A stretch of 64,000 nt of DNA from Chrysomallon squamiferum (Eukaryota > Animalia > Mollusca): the NCBI GenBank assembly GCA_012295275.1, contig CM022673.1, forward strand, positions 682,001-746,000. Reading direction: 5' to 3'. Shown here one piece after another: positions 59,349 to 64,000 of the stretch. The first letter of the stretch is position 1; every line of letters begins with the position of its first letter. The position numbers and the translations under genes are program-made. Below the pieces are notes generated by a model. It did no database searches. It worked only from the letters and a program-made list of their open reading frames with translations, and was not told the origin of the DNA.

Positions 59349-62215
59349 TCATTTCCTATTATCCATGTAATTGCGAAGATCGCCAAGGGCCGGACAAGTT
59401 AAGGCGATAAAATCAATTTCACTTCTAGTTAAACATCGTATTTTACATGACAAAAACGCCGTAGGGCAATACACCGGAATACATACACTGAGTGGAACAG
59501 ATTTAATCAAAACATTACTAAATAAATCACGTTTTCTGCACTCAGTCGTGACAAACATAAATATGACAGTTGCCCATAGGAAAGTAATGACGTCATTACG
59601 TGTTTACTGGTCATTGGCGCTTTCTCGTTACTAACTCAAATTATAGTTATGTCCCCTGATCTTTAAAATAGTAAACACGCAAATATTTTTTTGTGATGCT
59701 GTCATATTTTTTTTCTTTCTTTCTCTTAATAGTTGTTGTCCAAACTGTTATTCATTTTAATGAAAACATATAAAAAAAAATTGTGAAATACTTTAGGTCC
59801 AAGTAATAAAAATAATTAAATAAGTAGGCCCGTAGCTAAGCTTTGTAATTGGAAAAATAAAATTTATGACATCGCTCAGTTTTGAAAAACGTGTTATCTT
59901 ATGAAAATAGCATACGTTGTATAACCAGATATTTAAATCTAATCATTAGTGCAAGTGAGAGACAATAATTATATTAATTCAGCTATTAAAACTAAGACAC
60001 AAACTTTAATATAATAAGGCAGTATCTTGCCTACACTTTTATAGATAAAAATTGAAATGTGGTCCCATTTAACATAAACGAAGGTATACGCATTTCGGGG
60101 TAGGTTTAAACTGAATTTTCTGTTGACCAATATTTTCATTTAATTAATCTCATTTGGACTTTATCGCTTTTACACACGATAATTAAGACGTTTTTTTTTT
60201 TTTCTGAAATTCTGAATCCTTCTTTGAAAAGTTGACTTTTTATTTAACTTTATATCTGTTCGATCAGCTGTAGTTAATATTGCGATCATGCCTTTTGTTC
60301 GTATAAAAATAAAAATTAAAAATAAAAATAAATTTAAATAAAAATAAAAATGTAATAAATATATAAATAAATAAATAAATAAATAAAATAATAAAAAGAA
60401 AGAAATAAATAAAAAGAAACTAAAAAGAAATAATAAAAAGGTAGAGAAAAGAACTTCAAAGCAAGTCGATGAAACTGACATACTACATACAAATGTCCTG
60501 AAATCAGTGATTCTAGTGCTTTGCACGTTATCGGGGAATGATTTAATCTAATTACAATTCACGGTAACTTTACAACTCTTTCTGTCACCATTAAATACAG
60601 ATATCGGCTAAATAAAATGGAAATTAAAAGAATTTTTCAGTTAATGACTCACAGAATCAAGTAAAACTCTATTCCAAATAAAATCAGACAAACTGAAGAA
60701 TGATTCTATGCAGACATTCTCAACCGAGAAAACTTGTTTTTATCTTTAAAAAGAAATACAGTATAGTAATATCATAGTAACAATAAAATAAAGATGATAT
60801 TCGCTGTATTACATTGCTGATTAAAAGTGTCCAATGAACTGCGATACAAAGCTATATGGTTAACTTATTTATAAAAGAGATGTCATCGAATTCTCAAGTA
60901 GGTCGAGTTTCTCACTGAAAACAGTTTATATTTCATAGCTGGTAGCAGGCACTGGTTCACTGAAAAGGATGATGATGAAGAGTATGACGATAATAATAAT
61001 AATAATAACAACAACAATAATGATAATAAAAGTTTATGTTTTTGTTTTACTTATAATTAGAATTATCATTATGGCTCTCATTATCAAATTTTCAACTGCG
61101 AGTTGTCTTATGGAATCAACAGATTTATCATGAAATGGACACCCGACTGAACGTAATATTAATTTTAAGCCTTACCCTCTAGTTATTATTATTATTGTTA
61201 TTATTGTTATTATTATTATTATTGTTGTTGTTGTTGATATCAGAAGTTAGAATAAAACCATAAGTGAATACATGAACACGTATGTGTGTAATAATAAAAC
61301 CGGAAAATAAAAAATAATAAAAATAAATAAAAAAGAAACACACAGAGACAAATAAAACAGAAAAAGGAGAAAATTAAAATGAAATCTGGATAGCATAACA
61401 GTAATAAAATAAAGAAAAAAAATGAAAAAAAAAGAAATATGAAAAATAAAGTTAAAAAACAAAACTAAATAAATATAATAAAACAACAATAAAATAAAAT
61501 AAAGAAAATAAAACTAAAATAAATTAAACAACGTAAATAAATAAATTTACAACAGATTTGCTAATGATTTACACATATGACAACTATTAAATGTATAATA
61601 TATGATTTAAATTTATAATAAATGATTTTTTGTCTGAGCACGCACACACTCACACACACACACATAAAATCATTTTTAATAAAACTAAATAGTTATCTTT
61701 CTAATAGAGTCAGTGGAGACAATACAGTTTGTTACTGTCTTTCGACTCTGTTGAGATATTAACCAGTGTGCTTTGTTGTTATTATTCAGTAAACTGTGTA
61801 TTTTTCCTACATGGCTATTTCCCGTTATTGCCTCTGCTCAACGACTGGTTTACAAAACGTTGTAGGCTATGCTTTCCTGTGTGTGGGGAAAATGTTTTAA
61901 AATATCCTTAATTTGTACTAATTCAAACTACCTCCCAAATAAACACAACACCAACAGCAGCAACAACAAAAGAACAACAAACCCCATCCTAAATTTTATG
62001 TTATATTTTTGGCTGTTGTTATTTTGTCCGTTTGGTCCTTTAACCGTATATTATACGACAACGTACAAACGTAGATCAAAAATGCGTCGTTCAGAGAAAT
62101 ATTTGTTTATTATTTTCCTCGACAGTCACTGAACTTAAACTGACCTCTGCCACGACACGCAGCTAAAAGCTCCACACATCTCCCTGCTCATTTCTCGCTT
62201 GTCCATCACCGCCAT
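59349..62215 (-). CDS. Speculative minus-strand small Cys-rich protein (exons 62215-62145, 59487-59349; 69 aa)
   Basis: YY1-type AAGATGGCGG start context and donor AG|GTCAGT (phase 2). Acceptor CTGTTCCACTCAG| is open in phase 2. Translation: MAVMDKREMSREMCGAFSCVSWQSVCIPVYCPTAFLSCKIRCLTRSEIDFIALTCPALGDLRNYMDNRK*. No homology recognised. Confidence 0.22.
61813..62105 (+). mobile_element. Degenerate SINE body/3' part (gastropod-type tRNA-derived SINE), with CAA-rich insertion
   Basis: GGCTATTTCCCGTT…CTCAACGACTGGTT…TGCTTTCCTGTGTGTGGG…AAAATATCCTT…TGGTCCTTTAACCGTAT…GCGTCGTT is collinear with a SINE consensus recalled from vent-gastropod genomes (recollection, not a database search). Confidence 0.55.
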
Positions 62216-62997
62216 CTTCCGCCTGAACGTTTCATTCACAGTTCTAACGACTACCTGCTTCCCAAGTTCACTGCCCTTACAAGGTAAACGAACTTACGCC
62301 GGAGGCACGGGAAGAGACGGAAAGGTGAAATGAACTCGTGTTTTAAAGTCGTTTATTAGGTAACGACCCGACGTATTCTTTTCTCACACAGAGAGAGATG
62401 AACCGACATCAGAATTAGAATCCAGTCTTTGTTCATTTGACCGTGAAAATGGTCTGCTGGGATGACACGTCGGGCGCATTTGCGCTCAGCGCTTGATGTC
62501 CACTGGAAACGTTTCTGTAGTTTAAATGTGCTGAATGGTCGATTGTGTCAGTGCAGTGAAACGTACAGCCCAGGTCAGGAGAGAAAGAGAAATTCAGTTT
62601 ACTGTGAACCTCAGCGCGCTTGTGAATCTTTACGTAATAAGTGATAACCAGTAATAAACTGTCACTGTTTGCTTACATTATCTAAAAGGCGATAATCAGA
62701 CACGCTCACACACATACACACGCACATGTGTACACGCTCGCACGCACGCAAACACATTGAGACATACATACGTATCCAAACACATATATATTCACTGTTT
62801 AAACAATGTTTAAAATTAAAAACAGATTTGCATCCATGTATATCGTATTTTTTTCTAAGCTAATATTTATAAACATACAGTGCGGACTCGTCTTAATAAA
62901 ATAATTTATAATTTTAAAATGGTAGGTGCTTGGTATCTGTACTGTTTGTCAGAGCCATCACCAGTTGTGTCTTATTCGTCAAATTACATTTCTCTTC

Positions 62998-63362
62998 TAT
63001 TACTGCTGCTGCTACTGTCACTAATTCTATTTCTACCTCTACTGCTACTGCTACTACTGCTGTTGCTACTACTGCTGCTGCCACTACTGCTATTGTTGCT
63101 ACCACAGCAACGTCTACCACTGTTACTAATATTAAAAGATAGCTACTACAACTATTGCAACTGCAGCTATTATTACCACTACTAGTACTACTAGTATATG
63201 TGGTTCTATCGCTTCTGTTACTGACAGCTGTAACTAAACAGCTATATTAATCTAAAAACAACAACACTAACAACAACAAGAACAGCAATAATAAACTCCA
63301 CAATTATAATACACCGGAAAGTACAACGGCAACAACAACAACGACAACAACAAAAACTACAA
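62998..63362. repeat. Imperfect (CTA/CTG)n and (CAA)n low-complexity tracts
   Basis: Direct observation. Confidence 0.8.
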
Positions 63363-64000
63363 CTGGTGCGGAAATTTTCCAATTAGCAATTACAAGCAGT
63401 CATGCCAAAGATTTTATTCACAGGAAATTCTAATGAAAATTAAGGAGTTTCACAGTTCGGTTGCTAATTTACCCAATATTATCACCCACTGTGAAATTAG
63501 CCATCATATTAATATCATAGCAAACTCCTGGGAATGCCTTCCTCAGCATGCAAAGACGCTTTGTGATTTAAAATGTTGGACAGATCTGAGCTAATGTGAA
63601 TATAATGGGAATATAAATTTACTTGGTAAGAAAGAGCGAGATATCAATATCTGAACGACTGTGTCGTAATTACGTCAGTATGTTGTGCTCTGTTACGCGT
63701 TTTTCCCATTCCAACCAACATGTTGTGGCTGGTTCATTCGACGTGGTTTTGAGGCCAATGGGAAGGCTTGTAGAATAGAAATCTCTTGTAGATAATTCTT
63801 AAATGCTAAACAATCTTTCACGCGTTGGGACACTAGTAGAACACTAGTCGGCTCATTTTATGTAACCCTTCCCTAGTTCTTTTCTTTTTCTTTCTATCAT
63901 TATTGTTTTAAATTACAAAATACTTTGGATCTAGCATAATATTCGAACTAGAATCACGCATTTAAGATAGCTACTGTGAATGTTATAAATAATTCTTTTT

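Overview
AT-rich eukaryotic (animal) genomic DNA, probably molluscan or gastropod, inferred from SINE remnants recalled from gastropod genomes. Most ORFs in the supplied track are microsatellite artefacts; the real genes are spliced and were reconstructed by hand from GT-AG junctions and codon phase. Bases 1 to ~30.4 kb form a compact, CpG-depleted housekeeping block. It holds the probable 3' UTR of an upstream gene, a complete nucleosome assembly protein 1-like gene (NAP1L1/NAP1L4 family, 15 coding exons, 401 aa, ending in CKQQ) and a complete KIAA0930 orthologue (10 coding exons, 420 aa), both on the + strand. From ~30.5 kb to the end the DNA retains CpG and is full of microsatellites. It contains an unrecognised small + strand gene with shared exons at 47336-47437 and 49259-49519, fed by several alternative phase-0 first exons, one of them under an RFX X-box/NRF1 promoter, plus a speculative minus-strand small gene. 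The most notable observations are four. (1) KIAA0930 appears to have a tandemly duplicated last exon of identical length carrying an in-frame TAG. (2) A cryptic NAP1 terminal exon (DSE*) would remove the CaaX box. (3) A ~0.4-kb NAP1 intron segment is repeated in inverted orientation 41 kb away, ~98% identical over part of its length. (4) The orphan gene has multiple candidate promoters. No CRISPR, rRNA or tRNA genes were found.
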